Sequence record: PP456877.1
Direction: 5' to 3' (one strand)
Length of the DNA stretch: 64,000 nt
In this document: positions 8,123 through 23,907 of the stretch, in pieces
Numbering within the stretch: position 1 is the stretch's first letter
Layout of the letters: each line of letters starts with the position of its first letter
Program-made: the position numbers and the translations under genes
The notes under the pieces: model-generated
Seen by the model: only the letters and a program-made list of their open reading frames with translations
Database searches by the model: none
What the model was told of the DNA's origin: nothing

Positions 8123-8152
8123 GTAATATACTGTTTAAGATCTTTCAAATAC
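8123..8152 (-). promoter_or_regulatory. phiKZ-type early promoter
   Basis: TATATTAC on the minus strand at 8123-8130. Confidence 0.8.
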
Positions 8153-8581
8153 ACCTTTCCAATTAGTAGGTCTTGGATAGGACCTAGGTAGTGATTCAGA
8201 ATGTATAATGAATCCCTCGATATCCCCTTCTTTTGTTTTAACAGCAACTATATCTTTGATAATACCTTTTATTTGTAATAAGCTATTCATAATCTCACGA
8301 TAGAGTTGATCAAATCTATTTGCAATGATATTAGGATTTATTGGATAACCACAAATTGATTTATAGAAACTACACATTACATCATTGTATCTATCTGGAA
8401 CACATGTCCAAAAGAAATTATGTCGTTCTTTAATATAAAGAATGATCAAGTAGTTAAGATCATCTTCATCTTTTGCGGTATAATTAAAGTATTGTTTTAA
8501 TTCAGAAAAGAATTGTTGTGACCACCTCACATCAACTCGTATAAATAGTTGTTCCATAATACACCTAAATAAACCCTCCAC
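8135..8581 (-). CDS. Hypothetical protein (gp102 position; alternative start 8557)
   Basis: ORF directly downstream of gp101. Confidence 0.75.
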   Translation of the reverse strand: MEGLFRCIMEQLFIRVDVRWSQQFFSELKQYFNYTAKDEDDLNYLIILYIKERHNFFWTCVPDRYNDVMCSFYKSICGYPINPNIIANRFDQLYREIMNSLLQIKGIIKDIVAVKTKEGDIEGFIIHSESLPRSYPRPTNWKGVFERS

Positions 8582-10547
<1,966 letters not shown>

Positions 10548-10551
10548 GGTA

Positions 10552-13607
<3,056 letters not shown>

Positions 13608-13642
13608 TTAAGATCATAAGATCATGGTCTAACAGCATAAAA

Positions 13643-13661
13643 GGGAGCCATGAAGGCTCCC
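13643..13661 (-). terminator. Intrinsic terminator
   Basis: GGGAGCC-loop-GGCTCCC followed by TTTTATG. Confidence 0.75.
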
Positions 13662-13672
13662 CGTTATGTTTG

Positions 13673-16123
13673 TTACTTAATGGCACGATTCACAGCAGTG
13701 TTAATTGCATTGGTAAGAGCTACAATGTAATCAACTAGAACGGTGTGGTTTTCAGCCGATTGGCCAACAACTTCCCATACTGCACTAGCTAGTTGCCGGA
13801 CTTTCTTTTTACCGGCTTTACTATCCATGCTAGCCACTTTAGAGATATCACGGTTAGCTTGGTCAAGACGACGTACACCGCGGTTACCGCTAACTTTTAG
13901 AGAGGCATTACCAAGACCAATTAGAACTTTAGAAAGTTTCATTAGTTCAGTAACGTCCTTACGGCTAACTTTAGCAGTAGCAGTACCGGTAGCACCCCAT
14001 TCACCAGTTGGAAGTGCAATAGCAGCTAATCGTTCAATATCTTTACTAGTGCGACCAGTTACATCACGGCCAGACTTCTCGAAGGTAAAACTACCTTCTA
14101 GTTTTCCACTGATAAATGAACTCTCAGGATATTTCTTAACAGGTACTTCTAATTTAGTTGCTTCTTCTAGAGCCTTATCAATAGCTTCTTCACTATCAGC
14201 TTCAATAGCAGTTGCTAGATGACCAACTAAACGTTCGATGTATTCACCATCGATTTTAAAGCATTTGTTAATAATATCGCTAATACGACGAACCTCTCCA
14301 GCAACACCACGCACTAGATTATCATCACCTTTTAGAATACCATTAATTTTGATTTCTTTACTTTCAAAATTATCAGTGTCTTTAAGCTTAACTAGAAGTT
14401 GGTCAGCTTTAGTATTAGCTGCGGCGAGTTCTTTTTGGTTAGCTTTAACATGGATGGATGCATTTGCACCTTCAGCAATATTGTCGATAATATTTCGAAC
14501 AAACTTACCAATAGTGCTATTAAATGATTCTAGTGAAGTAACCATCGCCTTATAGTAATCTTCTAGATTACCATAACCATAATCTTCCATTGCTGGAATA
14601 CCAGGTGAATAGACATCAAAGGCATTGTGTAGACGTTCTAAGCAGCTATTAGCATGAACGATGAACTGAGGGCTATACTGCTTATGTTCTAGTCCATAAT
14701 GCAGAATCTCAAGCATTGATTCATTTGATGCCTGCTCTTCAAGTAATTGACCAATGGTCTTCTTACTGTCCTCAACTTCATCTTCAAGATCATCAGCTTC
14801 AGCAACTGCCTCATCAGCAGCTTCATCTGCTTCTTCAACATCATCTTCAGTTACTTCTACATCGACATCTGGAATATCAATTTCACCTTCAGCTAGTTTC
14901 TCTTCGATGTCATCTTCAGAGACATCATCATCAGCTTCAGCGACAATTGTTTCACTATCATCTTCAACTGCACCTTCTTCAATTGTTGGTTCAGCAATAG
15001 TAGATGCTGTTTCAGTTTCAGCAACTGTTTCTTCAGTTTCAGCTTCATTAATTAATACATCAGTAGAATCACTGTCATCATTAGTTAATTCTTCTTCAGC
15101 TTCATCCCGAACTTCTTCCAATTCGCTTAAGCCGTCTTCAGCTACTTCTGCTGTTTCGGCAGCTTCTTCTACAATTGGATCAGTTACAGCTACTTCTTCA
15201 TCAACTGCTACGATTTCATCCGGTTCAGCTTCAGCAGGGATACTTTCAGATTCCGTCTCTACTACTTCAGCTACTTCACTATCAGTTGTATCCGGCGTGT
15301 CTTCCACGGTTTCAACAACTTCTGTTTCAGCATCAGCTACAGCTGGTTCAGTAACATCGACTTCTTCAGTTTCAGTAATCTCTGCATCAGGTTCATCATT
15401 GGAACTTTCATCAGCAGTTGTCTGTTCAGCACCGGCTTCTTCCGGTGTTACATCATCATCGATACCAGGAACTGCTTCGCTTACAACTTCACCAGCATCT
15501 AATACTTCATCCGGTAGTGTATCCATAGTGGATGACACGGGTTCATCACCAGCTGGAAGTTCTTCAGACAGTGGTGCAGGAGGCGGAGTTTCGTCACCAA
15601 GTGGGGTTTCTTCAGTGGGAGTTAATTCCACTGCTGTTTCACCAGGTGCTTCTGCAACAGGCACTAGTTCAGTATCATCAGCCGCATCTTGTGCAGCTTC
15701 AATAATTTCAGTGGTTGAATCTAAAACCTCTTTACCGCCTTCAGAAATTGTACCGATTTCTTCAGCGATTTCAGCTTCAGCAACTTTAACTGCTTCTTCG
15801 CCTTCTTCGACACTAGTGGTAGCTAGCGGTTCAGGAATACTTTCCTCAACAACAGTTTCTTCTGGTACAACTTCTTCAACAATTACTGCTGACTTATCAG
15901 CAGCATGTGCTGTTTCTTCATGTTCTTCAGCAGAGATAATATCAGTATCTGTTTTAACAGTTTCATTCTCAATAGTTGCAGATGCATCATTATCTTTCTT
16001 TAAATCTTGAACTAGTTCATGATCATCTTTAACAGATGTCTCGACTTTGGATACATCCTGTTCCACAGCCGTACCATCTTGGTTCTCAAGGCTGGCTACA
16101 TATTTGTGAATATTTACCATCAT
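13673..16123 (-). CDS. gp97: Inner-body/internal head protein with very long acidic propeptide (gp97)
   Basis: About 500 E/D/A/V/T-rich residues, then SMLE, AMED and TSLES prohead-protease-type (S/A/G-x-E) sites. Confidence 0.8.
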   Translation of the reverse strand: MMVNIHKYVASLENQDGTAVEQDVSKVETSVKDDHELVQDLKKDNDASATIENETVKTDTDIISAEEHEETAHAADKSAVIVEEVVPEETVVEESIPEPLATTSVEEGEEAVKVAEAEIAEEIGTISEGGKEVLDSTTEIIEAAQDAADDTELVPVAEAPGETAVELTPTEETPLGDETPPPAPLSEELPAGDEPVSSTMDTLPDEVLDAGEVVSEAVPGIDDDVTPEEAGAEQTTADESSNDEPDAEITETEEVDVTEPAVADAETEVVETVEDTPDTTDSEVAEVVETESESIPAEAEPDEIVAVDEEVAVTDPIVEEAAETAEVAEDGLSELEEVRDEAEEELTNDDSDSTDVLINEAETEETVAETETASTIAEPTIEEGAVEDDSETIVAEADDDVSEDDIEEKLAEGEIDIPDVDVEVTEDDVEEADEAADEAVAEADDLEDEVEDSKKTIGQLLEEQASNESMLEILHYGLEHKQYSPQFIVHANSCLERLHNAFDVYSPGIPAMEDYGYGNLEDYYKAMVTSLESFNSTIGKFVRNIIDNIAEGANASIHVKANQKELAAANTKADQLLVKLKDTDNFESKEIKINGILKGDDNLVRGVAGEVRRISDIINKCFKIDGEYIERLVGHLATAIEADSEEAIDKALEEATKLEVPVKKYPESSFISGKLEGSFTFEKSGRDVTGRTSKDIERLAAIALPTGEWGATGTATAKVSRKDVTELMKLSKVLIGLGNASLKVSGNRGVRRLDQANRDISKVASMDSKAGKKKVRQLASAVWEVVGQSAENHTVLVDYIVALTNAINTAVNRAIK

Positions 16124-16222
16124 GTTAATATACCTTCTGTACAGAGTTTATGAGTTATGCTATTCGTCTTAGTCATAACTCCAAGCGACGAACGTTAACA
16201 TTCAAAATATTGCGCTGGAATC

Positions 16223-17338
16223 TTACTTTAGATTTTCATCGCATACATTGAGTATGGCAGTCAAATTACGACATGTTAATTTAAATAGGTCGTGATAAGG
16301 AATAGCCAACCAATCAACATATGTTTCTACCAATGAAACAAGTTCTTGTATTTCTCTATCAGGTCGCCCTTCATTACGAGCACGTGTTAGTTCATCTCTA
16401 AATCTGATTAATGCACCTTTAAGAGTCCTTAACCGTTCATTTCGACGAGTACGCATTGATGCAGCATTTGCACGATTGATCTTATCAACTACCTTAACAA
16501 CTCGATCAATAATACTTTCAGTAACTTGATGGTTGAAATGTTCAAATTCTATTTCGACTGGTAGTGGTCTAGGGGTTTCTTCAGATGGAACTAACCGTGA
16601 AGAAATATCCCTACACTGATCATAAGCACTTGCATTCTTATCGGGATTATAGTTAATTACAATTTGATGATTACCTAGCAAATGCAATGATACAAATCGA
16701 TTACCTTGATCGCGATAAACAGATGGTGTGGTTATTTTAGTTGGGGCACTATTTAATAGTAGTTCTGCTAAAGCATCTGGACTAGCATTTGGATTCATAT
16801 ACGAAGGTATGATATTAGCTGGCCTTAGAATCACATTGTCTAATCCATTGATATACCCATCAACTACTGTCTCCAATACGCGTAAGTGAGATAATAAATT
16901 AGCACTATTGGTAATAGGTTTATATCTAACACTTAAGTTCTGAATACGAGTTGTAATTAGGAATGTAGGATTCTTATTTTTACGAGTTCTAGCACGACTG
17001 TTAACTCGTAAGTTTTCTGCTCGAATTGCAACATATTCAGCAGTAGCTGCTAGCACTACTCCACTATCCATCAGTTTCTCAATAGTGGTAACAAATAGTT
17101 TTATAACTCGATCAATAACATGTTTAATAGTATCACTAATATCTTCAGTAGATACAACATCCTCTAATTCTTTGATAACCCCTTGGATCTGATTATAATC
17201 TTCCATACCGCCTAATAGATCCATCACTCGCCTAGCTAACGCTTCATCGCCTGATAATAAATCTGCAAGTCTTTTAGGTTCATCAAGATCAATAATCATT
17301 TCATCTGGAGTATCTTTATAAATATCAATTAATTCCAT
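16223..17338 (-). CDS. gp96: Internal head protein (gp96)
   Basis: Acidic N-terminus ending in VSTED; member of the paralogue array. Confidence 0.75.
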   Translation of the reverse strand: MELIDIYKDTPDEMIIDLDEPKRLADLLSGDEALARRVMDLLGGMEDYNQIQGVIKELEDVVSTEDISDTIKHVIDRVIKLFVTTIEKLMDSGVVLAATAEYVAIRAENLRVNSRARTRKNKNPTFLITTRIQNLSVRYKPITNSANLLSHLRVLETVVDGYINGLDNVILRPANIIPSYMNPNASPDALAELLLNSAPTKITTPSVYRDQGNRFVSLHLLGNHQIVINYNPDKNASAYDQCRDISSRLVPSEETPRPLPVEIEFEHFNHQVTESIIDRVVKVVDKINRANAASMRTRRNERLRTLKGALIRFRDELTRARNEGRPDREIQELVSLVETYVDWLAIPYHDLFKLTCRNLTAILNVCDENLK

Positions 17339-17399
17339 TGCTAACTCCTAACATAAGACGGGACTCTTCCGAGCCCCGTCGATATGTCGTCACTTATCA

Positions 17400-19043
17400 T
17401 TATTCTGCTTGGAATTTAGTGTTAATTACACTATTATAAAGTCCAGTTGCAGTATTTGCGTAACGCATTGCTTCACGAATAATGGAGTCATGTTTAGGTG
17501 CACTATCTGTAATAATAGATGCTACCTTACGTGATACTTCTTCGATCTGTTCTTTAGAAACATCGTCGATTTTATCACTCTCTAGTTTCCGTGAAAGTTG
17601 ATCAACATCATCTTCAAGTTGCTTAATGGCTTTAACAATATTCCGACCGCCAGTGATAACATCAGCTGCATCATCAACCAGATTACGTAGAGCTACCGCT
17701 TCTTTCTTAGCTTGACTCTTATCAAAGTTCTTTAAAGTCACTTCAGTGCCAGGTTCTGCGGCTGTCTCATCATCCGTTAGATATACTTGAGTAGCAGTCG
17801 TAGTTACAAGCTTATTACCCGGTAAAGTGTTAGATGTACTAGCGTAGTGTTTGAGAGGTCCATCTTGAAGTTTGTCCATCTTCTCAACTAGTTCACTAGC
17901 ATCATTACGCTCTGGATCCCAAGCTTTAAGCACAGTACCAATATTCGTTAGGTAGGTAGCATAGTCTTTTGCATATACAGATGCCATCCATTTAACGATA
18001 GGGCCATATCCAACGTTAGCTGAAGGCTGAATGAATTTACCATTAGCAAATACGGGTCCACCATTTTTAACAGGAACCGTTAATTCACTGGGTATATTTT
18101 CAAACTTAGCATTTTGGATAGCTAAAATGAGTTCATCAACTTTTACACTCACACGCGGTACACTATTCTTAAGACTATCCCATACGTGGCTAATAATTTC
18201 ACGTAGTTTAGCAATAGCTTTCTTGATATAAGCAAGCGCCTTACGACTTAACTCTTTAATATCCTCAGTTGAAATCTTAACTGGATATAAATGACTTTTA
18301 CCACCAGTCGTATAGTTTTCTAATGAGCTAGTTAAAGTATTATCACCAAGTACATGACGATGTGGTAAGAGTGCAGAATGAATAAATGCAGCTGTACTTT
18401 GACTGATACCATTAATACCAGCTTGTCGAACAAGAGCTTTAATCGACTCTAGGGCATATGCGGTATTTAGACCTTGATTAATATCTTGCACTGCTGTAGT
18501 AACTACTTGTGCATTACCAATGTCCATGAAATCAGTAGGTTTATCCATATCCACTGCAACAGCGATCTGTGGCACCACGCCATTATGCGCTAGTGGAATA
18601 GAACTATCTTTGGCAGCCTGATCAGCGATTTGCTGAGTTACTGTTTCACCACCTTGTGGTTCCTCTCCTTCGGCACCTGCTGGAATAACTGTTTCAACAG
18701 CAATATTAGGTTGTTCAGGAATAGGGGGTACTTCTGTTACTACATCTGTTTCAACTACGGTAACTGGTACAGCTGGTTGTTCAACTAGAGTAGCAGCTGG
18801 AGTCTCAACAATAACGCCATTATTAGGAGTATTAACAATAGTGGTATCTGCATCCACTGGTGCAGTTGGTGTTACACCAACATTATTGTCAGTCACATCT
18901 TGAATAGTATTTTCAGGTACAGCGTCTTCAGAAATACAATCGCCACTAGTCATGGCTGCTACTTTATCAACTGCTGTTTCAGGAATAGGTACCTCAGTAT
19001 AGTCTTCTAGACTATCTAGATACTCATTGAGTTTAAATGTCAT
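17400..19043 (-). CDS. gp95: Inner-body protein (gp95)
   Basis: SLED, ALES, SLEN and STED sites. AGxxGIxQxxAAFxH block shared with gp93 and gp94. Confidence 0.8.
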   Translation of the reverse strand: MTFKLNEYLDSLEDYTEVPIPETAVDKVAAMTSGDCISEDAVPENTIQDVTDNNVGVTPTAPVDADTTIVNTPNNGVIVETPAATLVEQPAVPVTVVETDVVTEVPPIPEQPNIAVETVIPAGAEGEEPQGGETVTQQIADQAAKDSSIPLAHNGVVPQIAVAVDMDKPTDFMDIGNAQVVTTAVQDINQGLNTAYALESIKALVRQAGINGISQSTAAFIHSALLPHRHVLGDNTLTSSLENYTTGGKSHLYPVKISTEDIKELSRKALAYIKKAIAKLREIISHVWDSLKNSVPRVSVKVDELILAIQNAKFENIPSELTVPVKNGGPVFANGKFIQPSANVGYGPIVKWMASVYAKDYATYLTNIGTVLKAWDPERNDASELVEKMDKLQDGPLKHYASTSNTLPGNKLVTTTATQVYLTDDETAAEPGTEVTLKNFDKSQAKKEAVALRNLVDDAADVITGGRNIVKAIKQLEDDVDQLSRKLESDKIDDVSKEQIEEVSRKVASIITDSAPKHDSIIREAMRYANTATGLYNSVINTKFQAE

Positions 19044-19130
19044 GTTATTTCCTCAAGGAATTTCTTTGCGCGCGTTTAACAATAAACCATAGAATTAGGT
19101 ACTTAGATAAAAATGAACACTTAGATATAT

Positions 19131-20648
19131 TTATTGGCCATATCTTTCTAATTCCATATTACAAACAGCATTTCGTTGCTTTGCAATACGTAATAGGTAA
19201 CTAATTAGTGTTGCGTATTCTGGTGACATATCGGTAATAAAGCCATTAACTAAAGATATAATCTCATTTGCATCATCACGAGCACCTTTCCAAATAGCTT
19301 TAGACCTACGTAGCTCCATGTCCTCAATGCCCTGTGCAACCTTCTTCAGTTGTTCAAGGACATCTTTTTCAGCTTTAAATAGATCACCTAAACGACGAAT
19401 AGCTTCTTTATTAACTTCTAATGTTTTACGCACTTCAACAGGCGGCCTTGGCTCGATCGTGATTGTATCTGGACCATCACCATGTTTATCTTCACCAAGT
19501 CGTGGAGCATATTTATCTTTCTGGAATATAAGTTTACTATTACCAGGTAGAGAAGTATCTTTTACTTTATCTAACTGATTAGCTTCACCAATAAATTCAA
19601 AAGCCTCTTTAAACTTATCTAGTTCATTATCTTCTAAGTCGTAGTCTTTAATTAATTTAACTACTTTATCAATGTTTGATCTAGCTATATTTGGCCATTC
19701 TTTAGCTAGAAATTGACTAACTTTTGTTTCATTAGTTAAATCGTCTAAAACAAATTCATCACCAATGAATAACATTTTAGGATTGTCAATTTTAATTGAC
19801 ATATCAAAATCAGGTGTTACCCTTTCATTTGATACAGTTGGCTTATTGATTAAACTTTTCGCTTTTTCAATTAACTCATCAGTTTTATCTTCAACTGATT
19901 TGATTCCAGTTAGTACACGCTGTGCCGCTACTTTAGCTTGTTCAATAACATGGACTATTAAAGCAAGTATCTTTTTACCTATACTTTCAATACGTTCTTT
20001 TATTTCTTCTTGAGAAATATTTACAAAACGCATAGCGCTGCTAGGGGTTGCATTAAAATCTTCAATACTAATCTTTTCAAAGCCGATAAGCTTATCAATT
20101 GATTCTAATGTAACGTGCATAAAAGCAGCTGATTGTTTAGTAATACCTCTATCACCAGCGGTATTTAATAAATCTATAAAACATTCTAAACTAGTACGCG
20201 CATGCAGTAATTGATTTAGCTGATATGTCATGTTTTGAGATGGAGGTGCATCATACGCAAAGATATTTAAATGATCATCATCACTATCTAAATCTTTACC
20301 ATCCACTGGTGTAGGTCTATTATCAGGACTTTCTCGGGTATCATGGGGTGATGCTGGATATTCTTCTGATGCGACGTATGTTTTACCAAATGAATCAACT
20401 TCAGTAACTAAACCACGATCTGATTTCCAATGGATATTAGGTTTATGTGCTTCTTCAACATCTAACCCATTATTAGTTGCTTTTACATCATTTGGTAATT
20501 CATCAATTAATTTGGCAGCTTCTTCTGGTTCTTTAGATATTTGCTTGTCGTCTGTAGCAGCGTGCTTTAGTTTGGCTTTCGCGACTTTTTCTTTTACTTC
20601 GACAACACCATAACCTTCTAAACTATCAAGTAACTTATTTAAGTTCAT
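19131..20648 (-). CDS. gp94: Internal head protein (gp94)
   Basis: AGDRGITKQSAAFMHVTLESI paralogue block, SLE and SQE sites. Confidence 0.8.
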   Translation of the reverse strand: MNLNKLLDSLEGYGVVEVKEKVAKAKLKHAATDDKQISKEPEEAAKLIDELPNDVKATNNGLDVEEAHKPNIHWKSDRGLVTEVDSFGKTYVASEEYPASPHDTRESPDNRPTPVDGKDLDSDDDHLNIFAYDAPPSQNMTYQLNQLLHARTSLECFIDLLNTAGDRGITKQSAAFMHVTLESIDKLIGFEKISIEDFNATPSSAMRFVNISQEEIKERIESIGKKILALIVHVIEQAKVAAQRVLTGIKSVEDKTDELIEKAKSLINKPTVSNERVTPDFDMSIKIDNPKMLFIGDEFVLDDLTNETKVSQFLAKEWPNIARSNIDKVVKLIKDYDLEDNELDKFKEAFEFIGEANQLDKVKDTSLPGNSKLIFQKDKYAPRLGEDKHGDGPDTITIEPRPPVEVRKTLEVNKEAIRRLGDLFKAEKDVLEQLKKVAQGIEDMELRRSKAIWKGARDDANEIISLVNGFITDMSPEYATLISYLLRIAKQRNAVCNMELERYGQ

Positions 20649-20685
20649 TTACAATTCCTCAAGAATACTTAATTACATAGCATAA

Positions 20686-20708
20686 GAGGAACCCCGAAGG
20701 GTTCCTCA
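20686..20708 (-). terminator. Intrinsic terminator
   Basis: GAGGAACCC-cgaa-GGGTTCCTC flanked by CATA/TATG. Confidence 0.75.
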
Positions 20709-20717
20709 TTATGTTTG

Positions 20718-22025
20718 TTACTTCTCATCATTCTCAGATGCTTTAGAAGTTTCTTTGCCATATGCAGCTAGTTCATATTTAACAATAAATGTATATTGCG
20801 CAGCGATACATTTAGCAATATAGTTAACTAGTGCACTATTGTCAATGCCACCAATATTCAGTGCATCACGCGCTGTTTCTTTTGACATGCCTGCTTCGTC
20901 AGGATTCCAATCAGCTAGGGCCTTTTCAAGATTCTCAGCAATCTTGTAATCAATCTTATTAAAGTCCTGTAGTTTAATAACAAGACCTTTAAGAATATTA
21001 AGATGTGCTAAGATTTTACTCGGTGCACGGACATCAACTTCAACTTCATGTAGATCCGTTTCCCCATCACCCTCAACAACTTCCCACTTATTCACACCCG
21101 ACTTAGAAGAAGTAACTTCTAACTTAACATTACCAGGAGCTTTCTCAACGGCTTTATTAATATCTTCAGCCATCTTAGCTTGTAAATCACTGGTGACTTG
21201 ATCAATATCAATAGACTTGTCACCTTTGAGATAACGTACTCCAAGTTCGCCATATTTCCTAAGAGCAGATACATACTGAGTTGAGAATACAGTCATGAAG
21301 TCTGCAATAGTCTTCGGATTATTTGCAATAAAGCCACTACTAGATACCATATACTCAGAAGGAGTGAACTTAATTTCTTCTTTCTTTAGATCACCGGCTT
21401 TGAGTGATTTAATAGCATCAATAGTTTTAGTAATACGCATATCGAGTGCAATCAGCTTAGGATTAAAATCTTTAATCTTCTGCTTTATCATTGCAACAAT
21501 CTTCTTGATAATCTCTAAAGCTTTCTTACCTGCTTCTTTTAGTTTCTCTTTGAGATCCTCAAGAGAGATAACTGCTGCTTTCTGAATAGCGCTGCGTGGA
21601 GAAGCATCGTAATTCTCAAGCGCGGCAGTGAGTCCAGATTTTTCAATACCTAGGATACGATCAATTGATTCCATGCCAACATGCATGAAGGCAGCTGCTT
21701 GACGAGAGATACCATCTTCACCAGCTTGAAGTAAAAGACCTTGGAACTTTTCAAGTGCTTCTTTAGCATCTTCAATTAGGCCTAATTCATCTTCAGCTTG
21801 AACAATAGTCACTTCAGTATCTAATGCAGTGGGTTGAACAGCATCATCTGCATCAAGAACTTCTTCTACGGGATTATTCTCAATCTGATCTACTTCTGCT
21901 AAAACGGATGATACATCAGCAGAAGTTTCATTTTCAACGACTAATTCAACATCACCATGAATCGTAGTGCCTTGATCTTCAATTGATTCAAGTGATAGTT
22001 TGTCTAGCATTTTAAGTAGAGACAT
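20718..22025 (-). CDS. gp93: Inner-body protein (gp93)
   Basis: AGEDGISRQAAAFMHVGMESI, ALEN and ISLED. Confidence 0.8.
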   Translation of the reverse strand: MSLLKMLDKLSLESIEDQGTTIHGDVELVVENETSADVSSVLAEVDQIENNPVEEVLDADDAVQPTALDTEVTIVQAEDELGLIEDAKEALEKFQGLLLQAGEDGISRQAAAFMHVGMESIDRILGIEKSGLTAALENYDASPRSAIQKAAVISLEDLKEKLKEAGKKALEIIKKIVAMIKQKIKDFNPKLIALDMRITKTIDAIKSLKAGDLKKEEIKFTPSEYMVSSSGFIANNPKTIADFMTVFSTQYVSALRKYGELGVRYLKGDKSIDIDQVTSDLQAKMAEDINKAVEKAPGNVKLEVTSSKSGVNKWEVVEGDGETDLHEVEVDVRAPSKILAHLNILKGLVIKLQDFNKIDYKIAENLEKALADWNPDEAGMSKETARDALNIGGIDNSALVNYIAKCIAAQYTFIVKYELAAYGKETSKASENDEK

Positions 22026-22030
22026 GTTAA

Positions 22031-23353
22031 TTACCTTACCTGGGAGGGATTATTTACTTGTTCTTGCGTAGGTCTTTGAATTGGACGCTGGTAAGCTTTT
22101 AATTCTAACTCGGTCACGAATACTAGTCGACCCATTACTCTGACTAAACCAGCAAGAGCATTACTAAAATCTGTTACAACGCGACTTACATTATTGATCA
22201 TTAATGTAATTGAATTAATGATATTTGAGATAGCAGGGATGCCATCAGGTGCATCCGGATCTTGAACTTTTGCTTGACGATTTCGCATATTAGATTGTTG
22301 TGCCCGAATCCTACCAGCTTGTTGACGATTAGTCTCGGCTAACTGCATTAACCTACCAAATTCAAAATCTAGTTTAGTTGCATAATCTTTTCTAGCATCT
22401 ATACGTTTAGCCATTTCGCTTAATAATACTAACCGTCTTCCAATTGAACTCGTATCATTAACCTTAAAGGTATTGTTACCTTCAGGTGCATCCTTCATAG
22501 TAGGAATAGTATAAAACTTAAAGGCAAAATCACGGACAGTATTTACTAAAAAATCCCAATCCCTGATCTCTTCAGTCTGTGTTTCAGTTGGCCCTGCGCC
22601 AAATAAAGTCTTATTACCTTGAACTGGCATACTACGATAAACTGTAGAACTTACTCTAAATCTATCATCTTTCTTAATAGGTACTGCACCCTTCATCCAG
22701 TTCTTAACATTAAACTTACTAAAGTCTTGTGCAGCTCTATCAGTCCATTTTTCATCAAATGATAATTTCCTAAGGATATCCGCTACAGATTGGATATACA
22801 AGAGTAGGGATTTATCATAGAAAGCTATCAAGTTGTTAACTTGCATGAGTATCGGATCAACTGTAGTCGGTTCGAATTTACCATCAATACTAAATCGTTT
22901 AGTATTTTTAAATTTTAATTCTTGCTTAAATGGCTCATGCTTAATATTTTCAGCTCTTTCTAAAAGCATGTTTATTCGTTCAAGAGTACGTTGATTACCT
23001 TGTGTAATAACACGTGCATACTCTTTTAACTCATCTCGATGCTTTGCTTGGGATTTTTTCATTTCATCCCAGGTATTTCGTGCTGTCTTAGATAGGTCTT
23101 CTAATGACACATTCTCAGTTTTTAGAATGTGTTCACTAACAACATCTTGGTTATCTGCATATTTTTGAAATAAGCCATCGGTATAGGTTTTAACTAAAAT
23201 GTCTTTTTCAGTGCATTCTAATCTACTTTGAATATCTTCAATTGATGGCAATAATTCTTTTAGATATCCATCGCATGTAGCGATCATATCGACGGGGCTG
23301 TCCCCGTCGATTGATTCAAGTAAGACCGAATGACTAAGTGAATTATTAGTCAT
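22031..23353 (-). CDS. gp92: Internal head protein (gp92)
   Basis: VSLED processing site; position in the paralogue array. Confidence 0.75.
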   Translation of the reverse strand: MTNNSLSHSVLLESIDGDSPVDMIATCDGYLKELLPSIEDIQSRLECTEKDILVKTYTDGLFQKYADNQDVVSEHILKTENVSLEDLSKTARNTWDEMKKSQAKHRDELKEYARVITQGNQRTLERINMLLERAENIKHEPFKQELKFKNTKRFSIDGKFEPTTVDPILMQVNNLIAFYDKSLLLYIQSVADILRKLSFDEKWTDRAAQDFSKFNVKNWMKGAVPIKKDDRFRVSSTVYRSMPVQGNKTLFGAGPTETQTEEIRDWDFLVNTVRDFAFKFYTIPTMKDAPEGNNTFKVNDTSSIGRRLVLLSEMAKRIDARKDYATKLDFEFGRLMQLAETNRQQAGRIRAQQSNMRNRQAKVQDPDAPDGIPAISNIINSITLMINNVSRVVTDFSNALAGLVRVMGRLVFVTELELKAYQRPIQRPTQEQVNNPSQVR

Positions 23354-23362
23354 AGATAGTCC

Positions 23363-23893
23363 TCAGTCCTTATCTATTACTTCTACAGATCCAAATAGTA
23401 GATGTAGGGTATACATTAGATCATTCATACCGTTTTTGTGTTTAACCCAATTCTGGATCATTGAAACAGTATCTAGATCTAATTTTAACTCATTAAAGAG
23501 AGTAGCAATTTCAGCGCGCGGTTCAATGAGTTGTGCACCAGCATCTGGTTCAGTAGCTAGTAACATTGGCCATTGGGTAATTGAAATACGTCGATGACCC
23601 GTAGCAATGTATCGAACAGTATCTAATAGGAATTGATAATTATAACTATCAATATTACTATTATTGTCCTGTAGAATAAACCAATTATAGTTTCCGCTAA
23701 AAAGACGAATAGCACAAGCTAGAACTTTCTTATGGAATTCCCAATATGCAGTTTGTGCAGGAAAGTTGGTAAAGATAAGATATAGTTCTTCAACTTGAGG
23801 ATCACCGGGACGAGCAGTGAACCGTGAAATGGCCTGTTGTTGACCACCTGAGTAATTACGACCAAATGGGCGTACAGCATTAGTTGCTGGCAT
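23363..23893 (-). CDS. Minor head protein (gp91 position)
   Basis: Start reassigned to MPATN (GGAGG RBS). Synteny. Confidence 0.7.
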   Translation of the reverse strand: MPATNAVRPFGRNYSGGQQQAISRFTARPGDPQVEELYLIFTNFPAQTAYWEFHKKVLACAIRLFSGNYNWFILQDNNSNIDSYNYQFLLDTVRYIATGHRRISITQWPMLLATEPDAGAQLIEPRAEIATLFNELKLDLDTVSMIQNWVKHKNGMNDLMYTLHLLFGSVEVIDKD

Positions 23894-23907
23894 ATCAATG
23901 CCCTCCA

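Noticed and set aside
14754-16010. 418-aa Ser/Ala-rich plus-strand ORF
   Set aside because: Antisense shadow of the GAA/GAT/GCT-rich gp97 propeptide; no RBS and no independent features.
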